Source: an uncultured bacterium (GTDB taxonomy: Bacteria; Auribacterota; Erginobacteria; Erginobacterales; Erginobacteraceae). From it: a DNA stretch of 64,000 nucleotides. How positions within the stretch are numbered: position 1 is the stretch's first letter; the number at the start of each line of letters is the position of its first letter. Shown piece after piece: positions 1-9,554 of the stretch. The notes below the pieces were generated by a model. It made no database searches. It was not told the origin of the DNA and saw nothing but the letters and a program-made list of their open reading frames with translations. The stretch is from the NCBI GenBank assembly GCA_963822585.1, contig CAWGIE010000017.1, positions 48,079 through 112,078 on the forward strand, read 5' to 3'. The translations under genes and the position numbers were made by a program.

Positions 1-305
1 TTCATCACGAAGAGAGGGTACATGACTTTCGCCGCCCCGATGCCCTCGTAGAAATGAACCCGGCCTTCCTGAACGACGATGTTCTTGCCCGCGAAAGTAC
101 CGAAGGCCAGCCGTCCCCCGTGACCTTTGACGGAAGAGACCGGAAAGTTGGGGATCTCGGAATAGGGGATATGGATGGCATCTTCCAGAAGTTCAACCAC
201 CGCCCCCAGTCCCGAGCCGAGAACAATGCCGATCTCCGGCTTGATCTTAGTGCGCGAGTGAAGAAAATCAACCGTCTCTTTGATCTTGTTCTTGTCAACA
301 ATCAT
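1..305 (-). CDS. punA: Purine-nucleoside phosphorylase (PNP/XapA type), 5' part; runs off the window
   Basis: Manual translation, not in the ORF track: MIVDKNKIKETVDFLHSRTKIKPEIGIVLGSGLG...IPYSEIPNFPVSSVKGHGGRL...QEGRVHFYEG. These are classic PNP motifs, and the gene lies next to deoB. Confidence 0.93.
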   Translation of the reverse strand, partial: MIVDKNKIKETVDFLHSRTKIKPEIGIVLGSGLGAVVELLEDAIHIPYSEIPNFPVSSVKGHGGRLAFGTFAGKNIVVQEGRVHFYEGIGAAKVMYPLFVM

Positions 306-341
306 GAAAAAACTCCTTTGCTCTTTTTAAAAGCATTATTT

Positions 342-489
342 ACCACGAAGGACACGAAGATCACGAAGGATAGCTGTCATCCGATAGGACGGATTATGGA
401 TTATTTAAAAGGGACGAACAGCAGAAAAAGTCGTTAAGATTTAGAATATCTTATGAATAATCTTCGTGTCCTTCGTGTTCTTCGTGGTT
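342..489. repeat. Intergenic palindrome with arms of 9-bp tandem units (CACGAAG[G/A]A)
   Basis: ACCACGAAGGACACGAAGATCACGAAGGA ... TCTTCGTGTCCTTCGTGTTCTTCGTGGT. Relatives at 34316-34344, 43062-43152 and 60681-60713. Confidence 0.85.
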
Positions 490-505
490 GATTTTAATAG
501 TAGAA

Positions 506-1681
506 TTACCCTGCCATAATGTCTCGAAGAAAGCTCTTCCCGTATTTCATCCGTGGCAAGCCTAAGTATTCCCCGATCGTTTGGGCGATGTCGGCGAAGC
601 TCCCCCGGGTGCCCAGGTTCACCCCCGGTCTGACCGGCTGACCGTTGACGAGCAGGGGAATATACTCCCGCGTGTGGTCGGTATGGACGGTAAACGTGGG
701 ATCGCAGCCGTGATCGGCCGTAATGAAGAGAATATCTTCCGGCCCCCGCGCGTTCAGTATCTCCGGAATCCGGCGGTCAAAATCCTCCAGCGCTTCCGCG
801 TAGGCCCCGGTATCGCGGCGGTGTCCGTACTTCATGTCGAAATCGACCAGGTTGGTGAAGATCAGGCTGAAGCCCTTCTCCTTCATGGCTTCCAGTGTCT
901 TGTCCACGCCGTCCATGTTATCCTCGATACTGACCGTTTCACTGACCCCCTTCCCGGCGAAGATATCGTAGATTTTACCGACCCCGTATGTTTTCCCCCC
1001 GTTTTTGATAATAACGTCAAGAAGAGTGTCAGCGGGCGGGGTGAAGGAAAAGTCATGGCGGTGGGCCGTCCGCTCGAAACTGCCCGGTTTGCCCACGAAC
1101 GGGCGGGCGATGACCCGGGCCACCCCATGCTCCCCGGTGAGAAGTTCACGGGCCTGCCGGCAGATCCGGTACAGTTCGTCGAGGGGGATGATCTCCTCAT
1201 GGGCGGCGATCTGAAAAACGCTGTCGGCGGAGGTGTAGATGATCGGATACCCGGTTCGCACGTGTTCTTCGCCCAGGTCCTTAATGATCTCAGTCCCCGA
1301 GGCGGCGTAGTTGCCGAGCGTCTTGCGGCCGATCTTCTTTTCAAAAGCCTCCACCAGCTCGGCGGGGAATCCGTTCGGGTAGACCGGGAAGGGGCGTTCC
1401 GATACCAGCCCGGCGATCTCCCAGTGCCCCACGGTCGTGTCTTTCCCCTGAGACAGTTCGCCCAGTTTCCCGTAGGCTCCGGAGGGGGAGGGGGAGGGGG
1501 GGACACCGCGCAGGGGGGCGATGTTGCCGAGACCCATCTTCTCCATGTTCGGCATCGTGAAACCGGAGACGTTTTCCGCGATATGCCCCAGGGTATTCGC
1601 CCCGGCGTCTCCAAAGGCCGCGGCGTCGGGCAATTCGCCGATCCCCGCGCTGTCCAGTACGATAATAATTGCTCGTTTCAT
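506..1681 (-). CDS. deoB: Phosphopentomutase
   Basis: [72 protein letters not shown] motifs. Start set at ATG 1681. Confidence 0.97.
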   Translation of the reverse strand: MKRAIIIVLDSAGIGELPDAAAFGDAGANTLGHIAENVSGFTMPNMEKMGLGNIAPLRGVPPSPSPSGAYGKLGELSQGKDTTVGHWEIAGLVSERPFPVYPNGFPAELVEAFEKKIGRKTLGNYAASGTEIIKDLGEEHVRTGYPIIYTSADSVFQIAAHEEIIPLDELYRICRQARELLTGEHGVARVIARPFVGKPGSFERTAHRHDFSFTPPADTLLDVIIKNGGKTYGVGKIYDIFAGKGVSETVSIEDNMDGVDKTLEAMKEKGFSLIFTNLVDFDMKYGHRRDTGAYAEALEDFDRRIPEILNARGPEDILFITADHGCDPTFTVHTDHTREYIPLLVNGQPVRPGVNLGTRGSFADIAQTIGEYLGLPRMKYGKSFLRDIMAG

Positions 1682-1699
1682 AAGTGCGGCTCCTAAAAA

Positions 1700-1850
1700 A
1701 AAGTGCCTAAAGTGCACTAAAGTGCCAAAGTGCTTAAAGTCAATCTCGCCGCGCACCTAGTATAGTGAGAAGTCCGCTGGGCGAGTCGACAGACTTTAGC
1801 ACTTTAGTCACTTTAGAACTCCGCTCCAGGCGAAAACTTTAGGCACTTTC
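1700..1850. repeat. Intergenic palindrome with arms of ~9-10-bp tandem units (AAAGTGC..T)
   Basis: AAAGTGCCTAAAGTGCACTAAAGTGCCAAAGTGCTTAAAGTC ... GACTTTAGCACTTTAGTCACTTTAG ... CTTTAGGCACTTT. Confidence 0.85.
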
Positions 1851-1885
1851 TATAGGCGCTTAAATTTTTAGGGCATCTTCTGCCT

Positions 1886-3169
1886 CTATATCCTCGTCTT
1901 TACTTCTTCGATAAAATCCTCGACCTCCTGGGGAAGGGCCCAGTTGTAAATGTACTTCAGTTTGCTGATCAGGCTGACGGTGAGGTACACACCGGCGGCG
2001 TAGCTGTGTCCGGCGATCCGGCAGGGCTTTCCCTTGATTGATTTCAAGCCCCGGAGAGCGTCAACTTTGAACTTTCTCTCCTTGCCTCCCCGGATGCTGA
2101 GACGGTCGTTCTTCAAAACCATGATGTAGAAATCGGGGTTGTGATACTGGACGATATCGTATCCGATGGAAGCGGGAGGATTGTGCCGGGCGAACTTCCG
2201 TTTCAGGTCGCCGGCCGCGTCGTATTCCTCCCGGAAGACCCGGAGATCCACGATCAGGAACTTCATCCCCGACTGGGTCTTCTCCTCCCGGTGCTTCCCC
2301 TCGGCGAACTTTTTGTAAATGACCTCCTCGTCCGCCATCCGCTTGATCTTGAACTTGTCGGCCACGGAAAGGGATCGGTCGGCGGCGATCTTGATGATCA
2401 GATCGGCGATTTCGCCGGCCGAGGGAGCGCTCTGGACGGAGAGGATAAGCAGCCGCCAATTCTTTCCCCAGGCTTCTTCTTCCGGCTTGAGCTTGTTATT
2501 GATCAGGCGCATCAGCTGGGCGGCGTAAGGGTCGTCTTCGCCGGTGATTCTCTTGAAGACGATATCAGCCGCGTTCTGGAAGTGCGGGTTGACTATCAGG
2601 TCGGCGCAATCCCGTTCCGCGGTATCGATGCTCAGAGGACTCCAGGGGTGATGGTCGTACCAGTAAATCTTCACCCCGGCCTTCTGAAGGTCGATCAGAG
2701 CGTCCTCGATATCGGCCAGGTTCTCGCTGGTGATCCCCACGTCCGTAATGAAGAGACGCTGGGGTTTATCCGGGTTTTTGGCCAGAGACCGGAGAGCGTA
2801 CTGGATGCCGCGGGCGGTTGTCACCTGGACCTTGGCCAGGGGAGAAAAGTGTTTGAGCAGCGCCCCCGAGATGATCCCGTCCCAGTCGTTATGGGTGATG
2901 ATATGATCGAAGATTTCGGATGATCGGGGGATATCCAGCTTGGTCAGTTCCAGCGAATCCGGCGCCGGGGCTGCCTCACCCGCTTCCGCGTATTGTTCAT
3001 CTTCGATATTCCCCACCTCCATCAGAGGGTCTTCTTCGTGCTCCTCTTCCGTCGCCAGCTCCTGCCAGTCTCCGGCCTTTTTCCTGAGCAGGCGGGTCAG
3101 ATCGAGCGCGAGCAGCAGGAAAATGACGAAAGCCACTCCTCCGACTATAAACAGGATATGAGGATCCAT
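1886..3169 (-). CDS. Membrane-anchored DHH-family phosphoesterase
   Basis: N-terminal TM helix and acidic linker, then THNDWDG, FITDVG, WYDHH and a DHHA1-like GHSYAAG. GGAG RBS upstream. Confidence 0.8.
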   Translation of the reverse strand: MDPHILFIVGGVAFVIFLLLALDLTRLLRKKAGDWQELATEEEHEEDPLMEVGNIEDEQYAEAGEAAPAPDSLELTKLDIPRSSEIFDHIITHNDWDGIISGALLKHFSPLAKVQVTTARGIQYALRSLAKNPDKPQRLFITDVGITSENLADIEDALIDLQKAGVKIYWYDHHPWSPLSIDTAERDCADLIVNPHFQNAADIVFKRITGEDDPYAAQLMRLINNKLKPEEEAWGKNWRLLILSVQSAPSAGEIADLIIKIAADRSLSVADKFKIKRMADEEVIYKKFAEGKHREEKTQSGMKFLIVDLRVFREEYDAAGDLKRKFARHNPPASIGYDIVQYHNPDFYIMVLKNDRLSIRGGKERKFKVDALRGLKSIKGKPCRIAGHSYAAGVYLTVSLISKLKYIYNWALPQEVEDFIEEVKTRI

Positions 3170-3347
3170 GTGATCTCCTCTCTCTGGTTATGCTATTTAT
3201 TAAACGCAGCGATGAAAAAAACTACGAATTACGCTGATTACACTAATGTATTTTTAAATTTCCCGGCAATGTCGTTTCACTGCTTGACCGCTCTTATTTT
3301 TTTTGCCCCGCCCCGGCTGTACTAATCGGGGGGGAAAAAATAAGAAG

Positions 3348-4277
3348 TTATTCTTCGGTGGGCACGGGACTATTTTCCTCATAACCGGTGGTTACCTCGT
3401 AGGTCTTGCCGTCGGTGAGCACCGTGATGTTCCCTTGATAATCGGTCCGGTAGAAATCCGCCCCGGTCTCCCGGAAAAGCTGCATGGGCCCCCAGTGGGG
3501 ATGATCGAACTTGTTTCTCTTCCCGGCGGAGATGGTGACGACTTCCGGATCGCACAGGTAATAAAAGAGGGGGCCGTTGGCCGTCTTCGAGCCGTGATGG
3601 CCGGCTTTCAGGACCGTGCTTTTCAGGCGGGCCCCGGAGGAGATGATGGCGGCTTCCTCCTCGTGCTCGCAGTCGCCGGTAAAAAGGAAGGAAACGTCTC
3701 CGTATTCCAGCCGGATGACGACAGAGTTATTGTTCAGGTCCCCAGTATCCCTCCTCGCTACCGGCCCCGAAGGGGCAAGCACCTGGGCGGTGACGAACTT
3801 CCCCCAGTCCAGGACCTGCCCGGCATCCGCTATCTTGAAGGGAATTTTCTTCTTCTCGATTGCCGCTATGTAATCTTTATAGGTACCGGTCGTATGGACG
3901 ATGCCGCAGTCGAGCACCATCCCGATCGGAAATGTACTGTTTAATACCGCCACCAAGCCGCCGGTGTGATCATAATCGGGATGGGTGGCGACCACGACGT
4001 CGATTTTTTTCACCCCCTGGCTTTCCAGATACGGGAGCACGACCTCCACCCCGGCGTCGAAGGGCGAATACCGGGTGGCCGACTGCCCCCCGTCGATAAC
4101 GATGACTTTCCCGTCCGGGGTCTGGATCACCTCGGAATCGCCCTGGCGGATATTCAGGAAGGTCACTTTGAGAATATCCTTCCCTTCCAGGGCTCGGACG
4201 GGGGACGGAACAAAGAGATACAAAACGCTGACAAATATCAGCAGAATGAACACACCGGTTTGTTTTAATCTTTTCAC
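3348..4277 (-). CDS. Secreted or anchored ComEC/Rec2-type MBL-fold metallo-hydrolase (stand-alone)
   Basis: QGDS, IDGG, THPDYDHTGG, NNNSVV, FTGD, KAGHHGS, FDHPH and RTD motifs with an N-terminal hydrophobic segment. Start uncertain (GTG 4277, or 4304). Confidence 0.9.
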   Translation of the reverse strand: MKRLKQTGVFILLIFVSVLYLFVPSPVRALEGKDILKVTFLNIRQGDSEVIQTPDGKVIVIDGGQSATRYSPFDAGVEVVLPYLESQGVKKIDVVVATHPDYDHTGGLVAVLNSTFPIGMVLDCGIVHTTGTYKDYIAAIEKKKIPFKIADAGQVLDWGKFVTAQVLAPSGPVARRDTGDLNNNSVVIRLEYGDVSFLFTGDCEHEEEAAIISSGARLKSTVLKAGHHGSKTANGPLFYYLCDPEVVTISAGKRNKFDHPHWGPMQLFRETGADFYRTDYQGNITVLTDGKTYEVTTGYEENSPVPTEE

Positions 4278-4414
4278 GGCATCCCCGTCATTGTTCACAG
4301 TCAACCCGATTTATTCCCGTCTGAAGCCGGGCTGCGGTCATCGGGTTGCAGCGGCGATAATTTCCGAAGCGCGCGGACTCGCGCCCGCGCGCTTCGGAAA
4401 TTGCCGGTTGCGGT

Positions 4415-4693
4415 TTACTCAGCCGCCGGCGGATTGCAGACCAGCCCGGAGTCGATCATCTTCTGAAGGGTCTTCATCCCGATGCCCTTGACGCGAGTCA
4501 CATCGTTGATGCTCGCGAAGGGGCCGTTCTCATTCCGATATTCAATGATCTTCTCGGCAGTCTTGGGTCCGATCCCTTTGATGGCCGTCAGTTCAGACGC
4601 GGTCGCGGTATTGATATCGACCTCGGCCAGCAGGGGAGCGGTAATCGCCAGGGCCAGAAGAGCAATCATACTGCATGCAATGATTGATCTCAT
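4415..4693 (-). CDS. comEA: ComEA-family helix-hairpin-helix DNA-binding protein
   Basis: Signal peptide, then VDINTATASELTAIKGIGPKTAEKIIEYRNENGPF...VKGIG. GGAGG RBS. Confidence 0.92.
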   Translation of the reverse strand: MRSIIACSMIALLALAITAPLLAEVDINTATASELTAIKGIGPKTAEKIIEYRNENGPFASINDVTRVKGIGMKTLQKMIDSGLVCNPPAAE

Positions 4694-4840
4694 GCTGGTT
4701 TTCCTCCTGTTTTTTGTGCCCTGTTCGGGCTTGTTTATCGTGCCGACGCGGCACGAGATTTTTTGCATATGGATCGGCCGCGATCTCCCGGCCGGCATTG
4801 ATATAATTAATATCTTTTCGTGGGTCTGTTCCCTTTCCGT

Positions 4841-5122
4841 CTACGGATTCCCGGCGTACAGCCCCTGTTTTTTCAGGGACTCGATCATGCCCGTGTCCAC
4901 CCCCAGGACGCGCCGCTGCAGGTCGTCAAGAGAGCGATAGGGGCCGTTTGCCCGACGCTCGGCAATAAACTTGGCGGCGATCTTGGGGCCGATCCCCGGC
5001 AGGCTCTGGAGTTCCTGGCTGCCGGCGGTGTTAAGATTGACCCCGGACTGCGCCAGGCTCCTCCCGTCCGCCAAAAGGGCCGCCGCGATAATCAGCGCCG
5101 CAAGAATATAACCTCGTATCAT
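4841..5122 (-). CDS. comEA: Second ComEA-family HhH protein
   Basis: Signal peptide, then VNLNTAGSQELQSLPGIGPKIAAKFIAERRANGPYRSLDDL. The second HhH is divergent (VLGVD). Confidence 0.88.
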   Translation of the reverse strand: MIRGYILAALIIAAALLADGRSLAQSGVNLNTAGSQELQSLPGIGPKIAAKFIAERRANGPYRSLDDLQRRVLGVDTGMIESLKKQGLYAGNP

Positions 5123-5202
5123 TGTCGTGAATCTTTTCCCACTTTAGACGTTACGGTATGGTTTCTATTCTATTATATTTTCCCGGAGGGAAAATAAATA
5201 TG

Positions 5203-8200
5203 TTACATCCCTCCGCCCACCTCCATCGCTTTCTCCACGGTTTCGCCCTCCGCTCCCTCCCCGGGCTGTTCGAGGGAGGTTATCACCTGGTAGTTCTCCC
5301 CGTCGGTGATGACGGTGACGGCCCCCATCTCTTTGGTGTTGTAGGATTTGATCCCTTGCGCCTGACAGAAGTCCCACGCTTCCAAAAACTTCTTGCTCGG
5401 GCGCCCGAAGCTCCCGCCCGGGTACTGAAAGACGGCGACCTTCGGTTTGACCAGCTGCAGAAGGATGGTGGGATCGAAGTATTTCCCTCCCTTTCCGAAC
5501 TGCGGTGCCTGGTAGATGGTGGCTCCCAGGCCGCCCTTGACGTTCTGGGCCATGTTGTTGGCGCCTTCATTATCAAGGAGGCTGGGGAAGATGAAGGAGA
5601 CGTCCCCGTATCGGAGGGAGACGACCACCGAGTTCACCTCGTTGACGTACTTCCCGGTCACCCGTTCCGCGGGCGGGTTGAGGATGGTGGCCTCCAGAAT
5701 CAGGGGCTTATCCTTGCCTTCCGCGCTCTCAACGGTCCGGATCTTCTCCGGTTCGATGATCACGATCCCCTGGTTTGCCGGGCTGACCGGAATATTCTGG
5801 GTCCGGGCCGAGAAGAGCAGGTAGTGATACTGCATGAACATCTCATCGCCCCGGTAGAGTTTGTCATCGGGATTTTCGCTTTTGAAACCGATGGCGGCGA
5901 TGAAGAGATCGTACAGTTCCATCCGGTAGGCGATCAGCTCATCGATATCCGCGACCACCCCTCCCTGTTCATAAACAAACCACTGGAACTGCTGGGGGAG
6001 GTTGGAGACGAAGCCATGATATTCGTCCGGCGGCAGCACCGGGAGTTTCCACTTTTTAGCCAGGGCTTCCGCCTCTTCCCGGGTGAACTCTTCATCCGGA
6101 TGGAGCCACTTCTCGGTGGAGATGATGGACTCGATTAATTTCTCATGCCCCTCCGCCTCCTTCTCCTTCAGAGTCTGGATGGCGTCTTCGGTGATCGTCA
6201 TGGGGTCGTATTTCGGATTCGGTTCCCGGGGAAGGGTCTGGAGGGCGGCGGTTATCTCATCGTCCGGTATCTTCCGGAAATAGGTCATGAACTGCAAGGC
6301 GTCTTCCGGCTGGAAGAGATCCAGGAGCAGCAGCCGGTAATACCGCTCGGCGTCGCCTTGATAGGCGGGGGCGAGGGCGATGGCGAACCGGTTCAGGTTG
6401 ATGTCTTTCGGCCCGAATTCGGAAGGAGACAGGCAGGTGTAAAGGCGTTTGATATAGTAATCGTGCGATCCGACGATATAATTCAGCCCTCCCAGAACCC
6501 GGGCGTCGGGACTGGTGTTGATGACCGCGTCGAAAGAAACGATCTTTTCCGAGAGCAGCACCTCCTCGGCGGTCCGCTGGCCCTGGTTCAGATACGAATA
6601 CCTTTTCTTGTAGAACTCCCAGCCGGCCGAGCCCCCGTCGATGAGAACGTTGTCTCCATTGGGAGCCTCGATCAGGGCGCACATCCCGTCCTTCCATCCC
6701 ATCGACATGAAGATCACCTTGAGCTCGGGGATGCTGGAAGAGATGAACCCCGTCGCCGTGAACACGATCCCGATTAAAAGGGCCGCCAGGGCGCCGTATA
6801 CCCGCATCCGGCAGGGCGCGTCGGCCATGGATTTTTTTACCCGGACATAGGCGATCTTCAGACTGAGAATAATCTTTTCCCGGTAGATGAAGAAGGCGAC
6901 GACCAGGTAGAAGACAACCAGCGGGATCGGCCCCGGTTTGGGAACCTGGGGATAGGGGAAGGTCCGGGCAAAGAAATCATCCATCCAGATAAAGAAGTGC
7001 ATCCCCACCCAGTTGGCCGCGGTGATGAGCAACCCCACCGGCATGCCGATCAGAGGGATAAAGCCGATCAGGGTGGCCAGCATTCCCAGGGGGAGAATGA
7101 TCCCGATCAGCGGGATGGCGATAAAATTGGCGAAGGGGGCGGCCAGGGACATGCGATGGAAGATAACCATGGAGAGCGGAACAATACTGCACTGGATGGC
7201 GACCTGGGCGGCGATGAAGGTTCGGAGCCATCTCCCCGGGATCTTGCTGAAGCGGGGCCGGAAGGGGATCACCTGCTGAATCAGGAAGGAGACCGGGATG
7301 GCGATCAGAAAGCCCCAGAAAAGCTTCGCTTTCAGTACCCCCCAGGGGTTTCCCAGGTTCATGAAGATCAGCCCGGCGAAAACGGCTACCGCCGCGAAGG
7401 TGACCAGGCTGTAGAGGTTATTGAGCTTGAAGTTGAAGAAATCCTCGATCGGTCCGCTGAGGAGTCCCAGGAAGAGAACGGCGGAAAAAGACATCAGGAA
7501 CGAGGCCGAAGGCAGGATCAATGGGCCGCCGTAACCCGCGGGAAGGAAACAGATGATGACGATGGCGGCGAAGCAGATCGACATGATCAGGGATTTCTGG
7601 ATATTCTTGCCGAAATAAGTAAAGAAGATGAGCACGAAGCTGTTCATGGTGGCGGCCCGCAGGGTTGACGGGCGGGCCCCCGTTATGATCGTGAAGACCA
7701 GCAGGAAGAGCACCGCGATCGGCGCCCAGATGGATTTCGGGATCGGGGTCTGGTTGAAGATGAGGAGGAGCAGTCCGGCGATAATGGTCACGTGCAGCCC
7801 GGAAACGGCGAAGACGTGGGCGGTACCGGACGCCTGGGAATCCCTGACGATCTTGTCGGGGACGCCCTTCTTCAGCCCGATGAAGATACCGGAGAGAAAA
7901 CCCGATTCCGGAAAGGGAGTGGTCTGACGGATGACGCCCAGGAGTTCGTATTTGATCCCCATGCACCAGTTGATGAAGAAGTTGCCGCCGGTGGGCTTGA
8001 TGATCTCGATGGTGTCGAGCTGCTTGGTGGTCCAGTTTTCCTTTCCCTGTATCCGCATTGTGGTGAAGGTGTTGACGGACTCCAGGTAAGCGCGGTAGTC
8101 GAAACCGCCCGGGTTCTCCGCCGGGGGAGGTGTCTGGAGAGGGGCGAGGATTCTGACCGTGTCCCCGTATGCCCGCCAGTCGGAGACGGCGGGGTAAATC

Positions 8201-9045
8201 TCGTCCCGGTTGAGATCTTTATCGACGATGGTGACCAGTATCCAGCCGGCGTCGATCCGGCTTATCCATCCTTTCCCGGGGTCGGGCGGTCCCAGTTCAT
8301 CCACCGACATCTGGATGACCTCGATATCCTTGCTCGAAGGGGTATAGTCGCCGCTGGAGAATTCCTTCCGGATGATCTCGGCGGGGTCGGCCTTCGGATC
8401 TGCGGCCAATCGGTCACGGACCCGGAGGAGGGCGAGGAGAGCTTCCGCATCGGTGTCCCATTCCCGGTTGAGTCCGTTCATTTCGCTGATGATCTGTTCG
8501 ATGGTGCTGAGGCCTTTCGGGTTCTTGTCGATCTTGGCCACGATGTAAGGCTCGACGGTCAGGCGGGTGTCCTCTTTTTCCGGCCGGACTTCCGGCTCCT
8601 TGACGATCATCCCGTAGACCAGGCTCTGGGTATTTTTATCGTCTCCGCCCCAGTGGACCAGGTGGGTCAACGATGTCCGGTCGAGGTGTACGCAGGTGAG
8701 GCCGTATCCCAGAACCAGCGCGCTCAGTATCCAGAAGGGGAGCGCGTTGAGCTTAATGAACCAGAAGACGATCGAGATCAGGAAGAGCGCCGCGAATATC
8801 CCCATCAGGTACATGTTCAGCCCGGTTGCGGTCGGCAAGGCCAGCATAAAAACACAGATGGCGGCACAGAGCAGGAGAAAAGCCAGGACCCGGAAGCGGT
8901 AGATGAAGGAGACGATTACGCCCAGGAGCAGAAAACCGGCGGCGATAACGGGAGGGGTGGAGAGTTCGAATGAATCCGGGTGAATCAACCGCATGAGAAT
9001 GCCGAGAGCGAGAAAGGCGGAAAAAGAAACGATATATGTTTGCAT
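5203..9045 (-). CDS. comEC: ComEC/Rec2 DNA-uptake channel, unusually long (1280 aa), with a degenerate C-terminal MBL domain
   Basis: NPGGFDYRAYL, SGTAHVFAVSGLHV, ARPSTLRA, SFLMSF and ANFIAIP competence-domain motifs, many TM helices and a C-terminal MBL-like region (LIDGG, NSVVVSLRYGDVSF). Confidence 0.93.
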   Translation of the reverse strand: MQTYIVSFSAFLALGILMRLIHPDSFELSTPPVIAAGFLLLGVIVSFIYRFRVLAFLLLCAAICVFMLALPTATGLNMYLMGIFAALFLISIVFWFIKLNALPFWILSALVLGYGLTCVHLDRTSLTHLVHWGGDDKNTQSLVYGMIVKEPEVRPEKEDTRLTVEPYIVAKIDKNPKGLSTIEQIISEMNGLNREWDTDAEALLALLRVRDRLAADPKADPAEIIRKEFSSGDYTPSSKDIEVIQMSVDELGPPDPGKGWISRIDAGWILVTIVDKDLNRDEIYPAVSDWRAYGDTVRILAPLQTPPPAENPGGFDYRAYLESVNTFTTMRIQGKENWTTKQLDTIEIIKPTGGNFFINWCMGIKYELLGVIRQTTPFPESGFLSGIFIGLKKGVPDKIVRDSQASGTAHVFAVSGLHVTIIAGLLLLIFNQTPIPKSIWAPIAVLFLLVFTIITGARPSTLRAATMNSFVLIFFTYFGKNIQKSLIMSICFAAIVIICFLPAGYGGPLILPSASFLMSFSAVLFLGLLSGPIEDFFNFKLNNLYSLVTFAAVAVFAGLIFMNLGNPWGVLKAKLFWGFLIAIPVSFLIQQVIPFRPRFSKIPGRWLRTFIAAQVAIQCSIVPLSMVIFHRMSLAAPFANFIAIPLIGIILPLGMLATLIGFIPLIGMPVGLLITAANWVGMHFFIWMDDFFARTFPYPQVPKPGPIPLVVFYLVVAFFIYREKIILSLKIAYVRVKKSMADAPCRMRVYGALAALLIGIVFTATGFISSSIPELKVIFMSMGWKDGMCALIEAPNGDNVLIDGGSAGWEFYKKRYSYLNQGQRTAEEVLLSEKIVSFDAVINTSPDARVLGGLNYIVGSHDYYIKRLYTCLSPSEFGPKDINLNRFAIALAPAYQGDAERYYRLLLLDLFQPEDALQFMTYFRKIPDDEITAALQTLPREPNPKYDPMTITEDAIQTLKEKEAEGHEKLIESIISTEKWLHPDEEFTREEAEALAKKWKLPVLPPDEYHGFVSNLPQQFQWFVYEQGGVVADIDELIAYRMELYDLFIAAIGFKSENPDDKLYRGDEMFMQYHYLLFSARTQNIPVSPANQGIVIIEPEKIRTVESAEGKDKPLILEATILNPPAERVTGKYVNEVNSVVVSLRYGDVSFIFPSLLDNEGANNMAQNVKGGLGATIYQAPQFGKGGKYFDPTILLQLVKPKVAVFQYPGGSFGRPSKKFLEAWDFCQAQGIKSYNTKEMGAVTVITDGENYQVITSLEQPGEGAEGETVEKAMEVGGGM

Positions 9046-9070
9046 GGAAAAACCCCGGATCGTTTGCGGT

Positions 9071-9214
9071 TTAGTGTTGGGCCAAGCTGGAGTAAAAGTC
9101 CCTGTTGGAAACCAGGTTGTAATCCCGGCGGTAGTTCTTATTCAAGATCAAAACCACCGCTCCGATCAGGGCGGCGACTACCAGCAGGTAGAAAAGGGTT
9201 TTGGCGCTTCCCAT
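9071..9214 (-). CDS. Small (47 aa) single-TM protein directly upstream of comEC
   Basis: Manual translation MGSAKTLFYLLVVAALIGAVVLILNKNYRRDYNLVSNRDFYSSLAQH*. GGAG RBS; below the ORF-track length cutoff. Confidence 0.6.
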   Translation of the reverse strand: MGSAKTLFYLLVVAALIGAVVLILNKNYRRDYNLVSNRDFYSSLAQH

Positions 9215-9305
9215 AGCGGACTCCTTAGTGTTATTTCCCGCGATGTTTTACAGTCACATAATTTATTGTGTTGATGGCAATAATTTAAAGGAAATATTTA
9301 TTTTA

Positions 9306-9498
9306 ATGTCGAAATCCGAATGTCGAAATCCGAAAGAATGTCGAATGAACTAATGACCAAACACATTGAGGCTCGGCCGTTTACACGGGGTCTCAATATC
9401 TGGCTTTGCGCTTGCGCGCCAATGCCGTTCAGCAGTGTTGCTTCCTCATTTGGATTTTGTCATTGATTCGTCATTCGTCATTAGTCATTCGGGTTTTG
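9306..9498. repeat. Intergenic palindrome with ~7-bp tandem units (CGAAAT(C)/GAATGAC versus GTCATT)
   Basis: ATGTCGAAATCCGAATGTCGAAATCCGAAAGAATGTCGAATGAACTAATGAC ... GTCATTGATTCGTCATTCGTCATTAGTCATTCGGGTTT. Confidence 0.8.
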
Positions 9499-9554
9499 GC
9501 ATCATATAAAATTAGGCAACCTTCTCAAATATGGGAAAGGTGGATTATATTAGA

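Noticed and set aside
54..437. 127-aa plus-strand ORF containing TKDTKITKD
   Set aside because: Antisense to punA; the repetitive peptide is just the translated 9-bp repeat arm.
581..1696. Long antisense ORFs, for example 581-1696, 9531-10907, 23818-25227, 31407-32765, 35201-36403 and 43031-44662
   Set aside because: Shadow frames of well-supported GC-rich genes, with no recognisable motifs.
5840..6440. ComEC insertion as an intein
   Set aside because: No evident C/S start with an HN-C/S/T end, and no LAGLIDADG-like motif.
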